From Trueperaceae bacterium (GTDB taxonomy: Bacteria; Deinococcota; Deinococci; Deinococcales; Trueperaceae), in the NCBI GenBank assembly GCA_965214405.1, contig OZ243956.1, forward strand, positions 1,824,001 through 1,888,000: a stretch of DNA of 64,000 nucleotides. The letters are read 5' to 3'. Below the pieces are notes generated by a model. That model did not search any database and had not been told where the DNA came from. It was given only the letters and a program-made list of their open reading frames with translations. This document shows, in pieces, positions 41,702 through 50,431 of the stretch (positions are counted from its first letter, which is position 1; every line of letters starts with the position of its first letter). Both the position numbers and the translations under genes were made by a program.

Positions 41702-42985
41702 TTGTCAGACGCTGTCGAAAACACCCTGTTGACCCGCGACCGGACGCGAACCGGCGTTGCCGAGCCGAGCGAGCCCTCTATCGGCGTTCCCAAAGCCGAG
41801 GACGTGTTCGGCAAGGCGTTCGCCTTTACCAGAGCCGACGAGGCGGCGGCGGCGGGGATGCACCCCTACTTTAAGCCCATCGCCGCGCAGCACGGGGGCT
41901 CGGTCAAGGTCAACGGGCGAGAAATGGTCATCACGGGCTCGAACGATTATCTGGGACTCACCCAGGACGCGCGTCTCAAGGAAGCCTCCAAAGACGCGCT
42001 CAACATTTTTGGCACCTCCTGCACCGGGTCGCGCTTTTTGACCGGCACGCTGACGCTCCACGAAACGCTCGAGCACCGCCTCGCGGACTTTTTGGAAACC
42101 GAAGCGGCCTTGACCTTTAGCGCGGGGTATTTAGGCTCGCTCGCGGTGCTGAGCGCCCTGGCGGGCCGCCACGACGTGCTCTACTTCGACCGCGAGAACC
42201 ACGCGTGTCTTTACGACGGGGCCAGGCTCTCGTTCGGCACGCTCCGCAAGTTTGAACATAACGACCTGGGTGATTTGGAGCGGCTGCTCGAGAAAGACAA
42301 GGGCAAACCGGGTGGCCGCATGATCGTTACCGACGGCGTTTTCTCGATGAGCGGCCACATCGCCAACCTGCCCGGTCTGGTCGAGCTGGCGCGGGCTTAC
42401 GGGGCCAGAATCGTCGTGGACGACGCGCACGCGACGGGCGTGTTGGGCGCGCACGGGCGCGGGACGGCGGAGTATTTCGGGCTCGAGGATGAAGTTGACT
42501 TGATTATCGGCACCTTTTCAAAGTCGTTCGCCTCGGTGGGCGGTTTCATGGCGGGCCAGCGCGCGGTGGTCAATTTTGTCAAACATAAAGCGCGGCCCTT
42601 TATCTTTACCGCGGCCCTGCCCGCCATGCAGATGGCCGCCGCGTTAGAAGCGCTCACCATTATGGAGAGCGAGCCCTGGCACCGCGAACGCTTATGGGAA
42701 AACGTCGACCGCTTTCGCGGCGGCGTGGACGCGCTCGGCTTCAACACGTTGGGCTCCGAAACGCCCATTATCCCCGTGCTCGTCGGCCCCGACGACCTCA
42801 CCATGATGTTCTGGCGCGGGTTGTGGGACGAGGGCGTCTTTACCACGCCCGCGCTGCCGCCCGGCGTGCCCGTGGGCCAGAGCATCATTCGCACCTCGGT
42901 CAATGCCAACCACACCGAAGCGCAGCTCGACAGGCTTTTGGGCGCATTCTCCACCGTCGGCAAACGGCTGGGCGTTATAAGCTAA
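41702..42985 (+). CDS. PLP-dependent alpha-oxoamine synthase, serine palmitoyltransferase-like
   Basis: HPYF, GSNDYLGL, GTSCTGSRFLTGTL..H, D.ENHACLYDG, DGVFSMSG, DDAHA.G.LG, GTFSKSFASVGGF (PLP Lys), ARPFIF.A. TTG start at 41702 after SD GGAGG. These motifs look closer to bacterial SPT than to BioF, Kbl or HemA. Confidence 0.8.
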   Translation: MSDAVENTLLTRDRTRTGVAEPSEPSIGVPKAEDVFGKAFAFTRADEAAAAGMHPYFKPIAAQHGGSVKVNGREMVITGSNDYLGLTQDARLKEASKDALNIFGTSCTGSRFLTGTLTLHETLEHRLADFLETEAALTFSAGYLGSLAVLSALAGRHDVLYFDRENHACLYDGARLSFGTLRKFEHNDLGDLERLLEKDKGKPGGRMIVTDGVFSMSGHIANLPGLVELARAYGARIVVDDAHATGVLGAHGRGTAEYFGLEDEVDLIIGTFSKSFASVGGFMAGQRAVVNFVKHKARPFIFTAALPAMQMAAALEALTIMESEPWHRERLWENVDRFRGGVDALGFNTLGSETPIIPVLVGPDDLTMMFWRGLWDEGVFTTPALPPGVPVGQSIIRTSVNANHTEAQLDRLLGAFSTVGKRLGVIS

Positions 42986-43023
42986 GCGCGCACCTTTACA
43001 GTTGACGCTTACGGCTAACATCT

Positions 43024-44205
43024 ATGGTTGAAACACGAGTTGAAGCACAGGGGGAGTACGACCCAACGCGCGGCGCTGAGGAAGGCTGGGGCAGCGTTCG
43101 GATATGTGGGGTGGGCTCGAGGGCCGACCTCAGACGTTTCATCAACTACCCGTACCAAAAATACAAGAATGACCCTCGCTGGGTGCCGCCGCTTCGCATA
43201 AGCGAGTGGGAGCGGTTCAATCCCAAGAAAAACCCCTTTTACGCGCACGCCCGCATGGACCTCCTTTTGGCAGAGCGTAACGGTGAGGTCGTCGGGCGCG
43301 TCGCGGCCATTGACGACGACCTTCATAACCAGACGCACGGGGACAATTTAGCGTTTTTCGGCTTTCTCGAGGCGGCGGACGAAGCGGTCGCGGGGGCGCT
43401 CCTGACGCACGTCGAGGCCTGGGCCAAAGACTTAGGCAGAAGCGCCCTGCGCGGCCCCGCCAACCCCTCGATGAACGACGGCGCGGGTTTCCAGATTGAC
43501 GCCTTTGACACCGACCCTTACGTGATGATGCCCAGCAACCCGCCCGAGTATCCGCAGTACGTCGAGCACCTGGGCTATCACAAAGCCAAAGACCTCTACG
43601 CCTGGATGTTCGACCACTATAAGAGCGACTTTGCAAGATTGCACCGCCTCGCCGAGCGGGCGAAAAAGCGCTATCCGCTTACCGTACGCACCCCCGACGT
43701 CAAACGGCACTTCGAGGAGGAACTGGGCGTCGTCAAGCATTTTTACAACGAGGTCTGGGAAAATAACTGGGGCTTCGTCAAATATACGGACGCTGAGTTT
43801 GACCAGCTCGCGGCGGAACTTAAACTCATCGTCGACCCCGACGTAGTGATTTTTTTGGAAATCGGGGGCGAGGTGGCGGGTTTGGCGCTCGTCTTGCCCA
43901 ACCTCAATCAGGTGTTCAAAAAGATGAACGGGCGGCTCTTGCCCTTTGGCTTCGCCCATTACCTAAACCGAAAGAGGATTATCAGCGAAGCTCGCTTGCC
44001 GATTCTCGGGGTGGTCCCTGAGCACCGGCGCAAGGGATTAGAGCTCGTCCTTATCGACGAGGTGATTAAGCGCACTCGGGCCAAGGGTTACATGCGCGGC
44101 GAATGCTCGTGGATTTTGGAAGACAACAGCGAGATGAATAAGGGCATCGCCGCGGCGGGCGCGGAGTTATACAAAAAGTACCGCATCTATCAAAAGGAGC
44201 TTTAG
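43024..44205 (+). CDS. Tandem-GNAT acyltransferase, bacterial ceramide synthase (bCerS/YghO)-like
   Basis: FI..P...Y..DP.WVPPL, VGR.AA, FFGF.E, GP.NPS.N, MM..NP..Y, K.KDL.A, W..NWGFV, LP.LN....GRLLPFG, R.P.LGV, E.SWILEDN..M. Confidence 0.82.
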   Translation: MVETRVEAQGEYDPTRGAEEGWGSVRICGVGSRADLRRFINYPYQKYKNDPRWVPPLRISEWERFNPKKNPFYAHARMDLLLAERNGEVVGRVAAIDDDLHNQTHGDNLAFFGFLEAADEAVAGALLTHVEAWAKDLGRSALRGPANPSMNDGAGFQIDAFDTDPYVMMPSNPPEYPQYVEHLGYHKAKDLYAWMFDHYKSDFARLHRLAERAKKRYPLTVRTPDVKRHFEEELGVVKHFYNEVWENNWGFVKYTDAEFDQLAAELKLIVDPDVVIFLEIGGEVAGLALVLPNLNQVFKKMNGRLLPFGFAHYLNRKRIISEARLPILGVVPEHRRKGLELVLIDEVIKRTRAKGYMRGECSWILEDNSEMNKGIAAAGAELYKKYRIYQKEL

Positions 44206-44256
44206 CCCTTCTTACGTGAACTTCCTCGAGCCTATTCCCCTTTCGCATCCCCCTCT

Positions 44257-45036
44257 GTGAAACGTTCCCGTCCCTCTCACACAGCGACACGAATAGCACA
44301 GCTTCCCCTTTTGCGAGATGTTCGCGCGCTCCTTAGCCAACGTCACAACACCCTAGAGGGCACCTCCACTTTCAAGCTGAGCGCGTACTTTTTGGCAGCA
44401 CTCCTCTTACAGATTGCCTACTGGTACCTCGCGGTTCCCGGTCCTCATTTGTTGGGGGACGCGCCGCGTACATTAGCGAGCGCGCTGTCAATCGTCGGCT
44501 GGACCTTTGGGCTCTTTTTCGTGGTGCCCCTCCTGCTCATGGCGCTCTTTAGAGACGCGCCGCGGCGGGTGGTCTGGGGGCTCGGCGACGTGCGCTTCGG
44601 CGTGCTCCTCACGCTCATTGGCGGAACCGTCGCCGCGGGGCTCATGTATATCGGCGCGACCGACGCGGCGCTTCAGGCGACCTATCCGTGGGCGGGGGCC
44701 TGGCCGGGGCGTTCGGGCGGCACGCTCGCGGCGTGGTTCGGGTTGCGGCTGGTCTACTACGTGTCGTTCGAGTTCTTTTTTCGCGGCTTTATGCTGCGCG
44801 GGCTCGCGCCCTTTTGGGGTCTCGGCACCGCGCTGTGGGTGCAGGCGCTCTCGTCGGTGCTGATTCACGTCGGCAGCCCCCTGCCCGAACTCTTGGGCGC
44901 GATTCCCGCGGGGCTTCTTTTCGGCGTGGTGGCGGTGCGCGGGCGTTCGCTCTTGTGGCCCATCCTGCTCCACCTGATTATCGGCTTTTCAACCGATATC
45001 TTTTCGCTGCTGCATCAGGGGCTCTTGCTACAGTGA
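44257..45036 (+). CDS. CPBP (CAAX protease-like) intramembrane protein
   Basis: Multiple TM helices; EFFFRG, LIH.G.P..E, R.RSL....LLH. Start position uncertain. Confidence 0.8.
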   Translation: MKRSRPSHTATRIAQLPLLRDVRALLSQRHNTLEGTSTFKLSAYFLAALLLQIAYWYLAVPGPHLLGDAPRTLASALSIVGWTFGLFFVVPLLLMALFRDAPRRVVWGLGDVRFGVLLTLIGGTVAAGLMYIGATDAALQATYPWAGAWPGRSGGTLAAWFGLRLVYYVSFEFFFRGFMLRGLAPFWGLGTALWVQALSSVLIHVGSPLPELLGAIPAGLLFGVVAVRGRSLLWPILLHLIIGFSTDIFSLLHQGLLLQ

Positions 45037-45104
45037 AGCGCGTGAGCATTAGAAAGCCGATTTTTATGCCTGGTCGACAAGTTGGTTTGTGCTGCACTCC
45101 GAGA

Positions 45105-45179
45105 TCCCCCCTGGCCCCCCTTGTTAAGGGGGGAACTGCGTGCGTTCAAGTCCCCCTTAACAAGGGGGATTTAGGGGGA
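45105..45179. repeat. Nested palindromic REP-like element
   Basis: CCCCCCTTGTTAAGGGGGG (45115-45133) and its reverse-complement copy CCCCCTTAACAAGGGGG (45152-45168), enclosed by TCCCCCCT...AGGGGGA arms. Confidence 0.75.
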
Positions 45180-45277
45180 GCCACACACCGAAAAGCAAAG
45201 AGCCTCAGGATTCATCAGCGTGAGTAGAAAAGGCAGTTGGTGAACATGATCTCGAGAACCGCGACACTCAAAACCTT

Positions 45278-46288
45278 GTGAAGGCGCTCGTCACGGGCGC
45301 GCACGGCTTTATCGGCTCCCATCTCTGCGAGCGGTTGCTGGCGGCGGGCTTTGAGTCCAAGGCGCTGGTGAGCCCCTGGGGAAGCGTGGAGAATCTGGCG
45401 GCGGTGCGGGACAAGCTCGAGCTCCTCCGCGCCGACATCACCGACGAAAATCAACTGAAGGGCGTTTGTGACGGTGTAGACGTCGTGTTTCACGCGGCGG
45501 CGAGGGTGGCCGACTGGGGACCGTGGGAGGCGTTTTATAAAACCAACGTGCTGGGCACGCAAAACCTGCTGCGCGAGGCCGAGCGGGCCGGGGTGGGGCG
45601 CTTTGTGCTCGTCTCGAGCGTGGCCGTCTTCCCCTACACGGGCTTCCGCAACGCCGACGCGCGCCTCCTGAAGCGCAAAGTTATGGCTGATGACAACAAC
45701 CTTTATGGTGGTGAGGCCTACGCCCGTTCGAAAATCGCCGCCGAGGATAGGGTGATGGGGGCGGGGCGTGAGGGGAGGCTCGAGGGCGTCGTCGTCCGCC
45801 CCGGCCTCCTGCCCTTCGGCCCGCGCGACGCCAACTTTGCGCGGGTGGTGGGGGCCTTGAAGCGTGGGCTGCTTCCGCTGATTGACGGCGGGCGGGCGGT
45901 CATAAACACGGCGTATGTGGAAAATCTGTTTGAAGGACTCCTTTTGGCGGGCACGGTGCCGGAGGCCGCTGGAAAGTCTTACGTCATTGCGGACGCGGGC
46001 GGCGCAAGCTGGCGTGACTTCTTCGGGGCGCTCGCCGAACTTCTGGACGTCCCTAAGCCGCGCCTTGGCTTACTTGGCGCGTTGCCGAGCGCCGCCGCGC
46101 GTCCTGTAGAAGCCCTATGGGCGGGACTGGCGCCCAAAACCGAGCCTCCCTTAACGCGCTACCGCGCGGACCTGATGCGGCGGGACGTGCACTTTTCGCT
46201 TCAACACGCGTGTGACGAGCTGGGATATAGGCCGCGGGTCGCGTGGCGAGAGGGCTTAGCGCGCACAGTCGCGGCGTTGGGGGCGTGA
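45278..46288 (+). CDS. NAD-dependent epimerase/dehydratase (extended SDR); candidate 3-oxo-ceramide / ketosphinganine reductase
   Basis: VTGAHGFIGSHL, VFHAAA, N..GT.NL, VSS, YARSK..AE, RP...FGP.D. Confidence 0.85.
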   Translation: MKALVTGAHGFIGSHLCERLLAAGFESKALVSPWGSVENLAAVRDKLELLRADITDENQLKGVCDGVDVVFHAAARVADWGPWEAFYKTNVLGTQNLLREAERAGVGRFVLVSSVAVFPYTGFRNADARLLKRKVMADDNNLYGGEAYARSKIAAEDRVMGAGREGRLEGVVVRPGLLPFGPRDANFARVVGALKRGLLPLIDGGRAVINTAYVENLFEGLLLAGTVPEAAGKSYVIADAGGASWRDFFGALAELLDVPKPRLGLLGALPSAAARPVEALWAGLAPKTEPPLTRYRADLMRRDVHFSLQHACDELGYRPRVAWREGLARTVAALGA

Positions 46289-46570
46289 GACTGGGGTTTT
46301 TATTTACAACCAAGCGTCGTCTGAAGGGCTCGCGCGAACAAGTCCATACGGTGTGACACCATGTGGCGACCTCACGCGCGTTCTACAGCGGGTCGCGTAA
46401 ATGAGGGCACAGAGCGCGGATAGCACGTCCTAAACTCCCTCTCACACAGGCGTTTATAAACCATATTTACTCAAAAGGGAGGCTACATACTATGAGTCCT
46501 GAACAGAAGCGCGTTGGCTGAACCTCGCTCACAGGGATGACAAGGGCTGTACCTGCTACAATTGTGCGCT

Positions 46571-47761
46571 ATGACCGCTCGAGCCGCCCCAGCCCACAAT
46601 CCCAAGATTCTCTTTGCGACCATCGCCGCGGGCGGCTCGCACGTGAGCAGCGCGGAGGCGATGAAAGAGGCGTTGGGGGCGCATTATCCTGAGCGGTTTG
46701 GGCTCGAGCTTTACGAACCCATGAAGGCTTACGGTTTCGACGCGCTCGACACCCGCCACAAGGAGTCGTGGCGCTGGGCGCTCGCGCACCCCTGGACGGT
46801 GGTCTGGGGCCAGCGCGTCATCGACCGCGCGCCGCGCTTGTCCTTGGCGTTTCACCGCCGGATGCTGCGCCCCTTTGCGGCTCGAGCCGCCGAGGCGTTA
46901 CGTCAAAACCCTCCCAACCTCATCGTCGTCAACCACGGCTGGCTCACCGTGGCCCTGACGATAAGCCAGCGTGATTTCGGCCTGCACGTGCCCGTGCTTA
47001 CCTTTCAAACCTCGACCCTGGACGTGACCGCGCTGTGGGCCGACCCCGACGCGGAGCGCTTTTTGGTGGGCTCGCCGGTCGCCAGAAACGGGCTCATCAA
47101 ACTGGGTGTAAGCGGCGACAAAATCGACGTGGTCGGCTACCCGGTCCGCCAATCTTTTCTAAACGCTCCCGGTAAATCCGAGGCGCGGGCCAAACTGGGC
47201 CTCGCCGACACCTTTACCTGCCTCGTCTCGCTCGGCGGCGAGGGCGTCGGCGGCAACCCGGAGGAGGTCGTGGCGGCGCTCCGCACGCTGCCCTTTGTGC
47301 AGGTGGTGGTGATTGCGGGTCGCAACGAGGCGCTCAAAGCGGCGCTCCAGACCTGGTCGGCCGACCCGCTGGTGCGCGTGGAGGGCTTTGTCGACAATAT
47401 GGCCGACTTCGTCGCCGCCTGCGACTTAGTGATTGGCAAAACGGGTCCCGCCGCGGTGTTTGAAACCCTGGCGGTGGGCCGTCCTATGCTGGCGACCCGC
47501 AAGTCGGGCGGTGTCGAGAATTTATTTATTCGTTTTTTGGAGGACAAGGGGCTGGGGCACTACACCCCGACGATGGGCGCGCTTTTGGAGACGGTGCGCC
47601 TTTACCATGCGGCACCCGAAAAACTTGAAGAGGTGGCCTCGAGCGCCGCCGCGCTCGACTTTCCCGGCATGAACGCGCGCGTCGCCGACTACCTCGCCCA
47701 CTACGCGGTGACCGGCGAACCCGACCTCTCGCTGCGGGGCAAGGGTATCGTCTGGACATGA
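46571..47761 (+). CDS. Lipid glycosyltransferase, MGDG synthase/UgtP (GT28-like) family
   Basis: AGGSH...A.A, GYPVR..F, GGEG, IAGRNE.L, GFVDNM......DL.I.K.G.....E.LA.G.P. Confidence 0.85.
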   Translation: MTARAAPAHNPKILFATIAAGGSHVSSAEAMKEALGAHYPERFGLELYEPMKAYGFDALDTRHKESWRWALAHPWTVVWGQRVIDRAPRLSLAFHRRMLRPFAARAAEALRQNPPNLIVVNHGWLTVALTISQRDFGLHVPVLTFQTSTLDVTALWADPDAERFLVGSPVARNGLIKLGVSGDKIDVVGYPVRQSFLNAPGKSEARAKLGLADTFTCLVSLGGEGVGGNPEEVVAALRTLPFVQVVVIAGRNEALKAALQTWSADPLVRVEGFVDNMADFVAACDLVIGKTGPAAVFETLAVGRPMLATRKSGGVENLFIRFLEDKGLGHYTPTMGALLETVRLYHAAPEKLEEVASSAAALDFPGMNARVADYLAHYAVTGEPDLSLRGKGIVWT

Positions 47762-47853
47762 CGCAACCGTCTTCTAGACGTACGTTGATAAAGTATGACG
47801 CAGCCTTTTAGCTTTGACTCGGCGCAAGTCAACCCAACCATGAAGAGCCGCGC

Positions 47854-48867
47854 GTGAATAGGCGCGTCTGGGGCGCGCTTCTCCTCTCGACCGCGCTGGG
47901 CCTCGGGAGTCTCTGGCTGGTGTTGCCCAGCGCCTTTAGCGCGAGCGCGCTGAACTCGCTTCGGGGCTTGCGCTGGGGCTATCTGGGATTGGCGGTGGGC
48001 CTCATCCTCGTGTGGTGGGGGGTGTCCGGCTGGCGTATGGCGCTGCTCGTACGGACGTTGGGGTCAGAAATTACGCTCTGGCAGGGCGTACAAACGCACC
48101 TCATCGGCACCTTTTCCGCCGCCGTGAGCCCGTCGGGGGGGGGCAACTCGGTCGGCATCTCCTGGCTCCTCACGCGCTTTGGCGTGCCGCTCCAGCGCGC
48201 GGTGGTCGTGTCGGTGCTGCTCGCGGTGCTCGATATGGCGTTTTTTGCGCTGGCGGTGCCTCTTTCGTTTTTGTACCTGCTCACGCAGGGCGTCCGCATT
48301 CCGATTGACAACGCGGGCGCTTTTGTCATTCCCTTTTCGCTCGCCGCGCTCGGCCTCTCTTACGTGCTCGTGTTTCGGCTGCGCTACGTGACGAGTTTTC
48401 TCAAGACACTCCTGCGGCTGCCCCTCCTGACGCGTTTCGAGGCGACCCTCAGCGGGTTTTTGGACGACCTCGAGCTTGCCAGTCGCTCGTTTGCCGCCAC
48501 CTCCCTCACGCTCCACGCGAGCCTCTACGCCCTGACCATCGCCGTAAGGGTACTCTTTTTCGCGCTGCTCAACGTCACGCTGGTCGCCGTACATGTAGAC
48601 GTCAACCAGGGCGCGGTTTTCGCGCTGCAAATGGTCGTCCACGCTTTCGCCTTTTTGGTGCCGACGCCGGGCGCGAGCGGCTATCAGGAGGCCGCCTATT
48701 CGCTGCTCCTCAAGGGAAGCGGCAACGTGGGCGCGCTCTCGCTCGGCATCTTGCTGTGGCGGTTTCTCACCTTTTATATCTACTTTGTGTTGGGTCCCCC
48801 CATCGGCGGCTCCGCCCTCTTCCGGCCCCGCCCCAAAGCCCCGACGCCTCCGGGAGACGCGCTGTAA
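47854..48867 (+). CDS. Flippase-like membrane protein (LPG_synthase_TM / UPF0104 family)
   Basis: About 8-9 TM helices; WR...L, F...V.PS..G, F.VPTPGASG..E, LLWRF.TFY. Confidence 0.85.
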   Translation: MNRRVWGALLLSTALGLGSLWLVLPSAFSASALNSLRGLRWGYLGLAVGLILVWWGVSGWRMALLVRTLGSEITLWQGVQTHLIGTFSAAVSPSGGGNSVGISWLLTRFGVPLQRAVVVSVLLAVLDMAFFALAVPLSFLYLLTQGVRIPIDNAGAFVIPFSLAALGLSYVLVFRLRYVTSFLKTLLRLPLLTRFEATLSGFLDDLELASRSFAATSLTLHASLYALTIAVRVLFFALLNVTLVAVHVDVNQGAVFALQMVVHAFAFLVPTPGASGYQEAAYSLLLKGSGNVGALSLGILLWRFLTFYIYFVLGPPIGGSALFRPRPKAPTPPGDAL

Positions 48868-49523
48868 CTGAAGCTTAGGCGTCCTCGAGCCCTGCCAGAT
48901 ACCGGTCCGGCCTTACGCTTGACCCAACAGCAGGGTAAAAGCAGCGTTTTAGGTCGTGCTGACATCCGCCCTTTGAGAAAATTGTTCAAGCTCGAGACGC
49001 GGCCAATCCGCGCTCCGCAGACCTTCCTAATCCTCATGTCTTGCATTTATACAAAACCGCGCGAGAAACGGGTTTTCTTACTCCGGATAGCTGAGGCGGT
49101 TTTCTCCGTTTTCTCGTGTGTGACGTTTGAATCACAAGTTTCTCAGGAGTCGCAGCACACGTTTTCTGCATAAAGTCTGGCCTCTTGAATAGTTGCAAGA
49201 CATAAGTAATCCTTACTTCTCCACTCTCACTTCTCGCGCACAGTGCAATAAGATTCGTGGCGGAAGGTTTGAAAAGTCAACAAAACCCGGTTGCGCGGCG
49301 CTCATCTCTATCAAACGCTCCCAAAAAGACTTGATAATAAAAGCCTGGCGCAGGGTATAACATCTTAGATGCCCGCAGACACACCTTTTAGCCTGATTGG
49401 CCTGACGACCTGTGAAAGGACCCGTATGAAAGCGCGTGGTTGGGAACCGGAACGTCCAGCACTCGAGCAGATCGTCCCAACGACCCCGACGCCGGGGTTT
49501 CGAAGACGGCTCGAGCCCTCCAG

Positions 49524-50300
49524 ATGAACACCCAGGCGTTGCGAGAGCGGTTTTCCTTGGAGGGCAAGCGCGCGCTGGTTACGGGCGGCTCCAAGGGCAT
49601 CGGCGCGGTCACGGCGCGGGTGCTCGCCGAAGCGGGGGCCGACGTAGCGGTGGTGGGCCGTGACCGTGAGGGATTAGCAGCCAGCGCCGAGAGGGTGAGA
49701 GAAACCGGTAGAACGTGCCTCACCATTGAAGCCGACTTGAGCACGGTGGACGGTCCCGAAAAAACGGCCCAGGCGGCTCTCAACGAATTCGGTCGCGTGG
49801 ACATCCTCGTGAACAACGCCGGGATTGCGCTCCTTGCGCCGCTGCTCGAGCTCTCCACCCAAGAGTGGGACGAGACGCTGGCCGTCAACTTACGCAGCCC
49901 CTTTTTGCTGGCTAAGCTTCTCGCGCCCGCCATGATCGAGGGCGGCGGCGGGAAGATTGTCAACGTCTCCTCGCAGGCGGGGTTCGGCGCGTTAGAAGGT
50001 CACGCGGCCTACTCGGCCTCGAAAGGCGGGCTGAACATGCTCACCAAAACGATGGCCCTAGAATGGGGGCCTCACAACATCAACACCAACGCCGTCGCCC
50101 CCACCGTCATCCTTACGCCGATGGGCGAGAAAAACTGGGGCGACCCCGCCAAAAGCGAGCCCATGCTCGCAAAAATACCGCTGGGCCGCTTTGGGACGCC
50201 CACCAACGTCGCCGACCTCATCTTGTTCTTGGCGTCGCCCGCTGCGGACATGATCTGCGGCGAGGTTGTTTATATCGACGGCGGCTATACAGCGCTGTAA
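49524..50300 (+). CDS. SDR sugar/polyol dehydrogenase
   Basis: VTGGSKGIG, NNAG, SSQA, HAAYSASKGG, NAVAPTVILTPMG; start at the ATG at 49524. Confidence 0.88.
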   Translation: MNTQALRERFSLEGKRALVTGGSKGIGAVTARVLAEAGADVAVVGRDREGLAASAERVRETGRTCLTIEADLSTVDGPEKTAQAALNEFGRVDILVNNAGIALLAPLLELSTQEWDETLAVNLRSPFLLAKLLAPAMIEGGGGKIVNVSSQAGFGALEGHAAYSASKGGLNMLTKTMALEWGPHNINTNAVAPTVILTPMGEKNWGDPAKSEPMLAKIPLGRFGTPTNVADLILFLASPAADMICGEVVYIDGGYTAL

Positions 50301-50431
50301 GTGTTATAGCAGGCTCACCCCCCAGCCCACGTCCCAGTGACGCAGTTAATTATGCAGTCCGTTGTCTAGCGGCGGTCACGTACAGACTGAACTTCTCTCA
50401 AACTGGATGATGCCCGTTAAAGGAGATAGAA

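Noticed and set aside
41702..42985. Annotation as BioF (biotin synthesis) or Kbl
   Set aside because: No bio or tdh genes are adjacent, and both the motifs and the bCerS-like neighbour favour SPT. A phylogeny is still needed to exclude them.
46492..46521. 9-aa ORF MSPEQKRVG with a strong SD (AAGGGAGG)
   Set aside because: Too short to assign; it may be another gene stub but there is no supporting evidence.
49119..49136. TGTGA-N8-TCACA as a CRP site
   Set aside because: The spacer is 8 nt instead of 6, and the site is far from the nearest plausible promoter.
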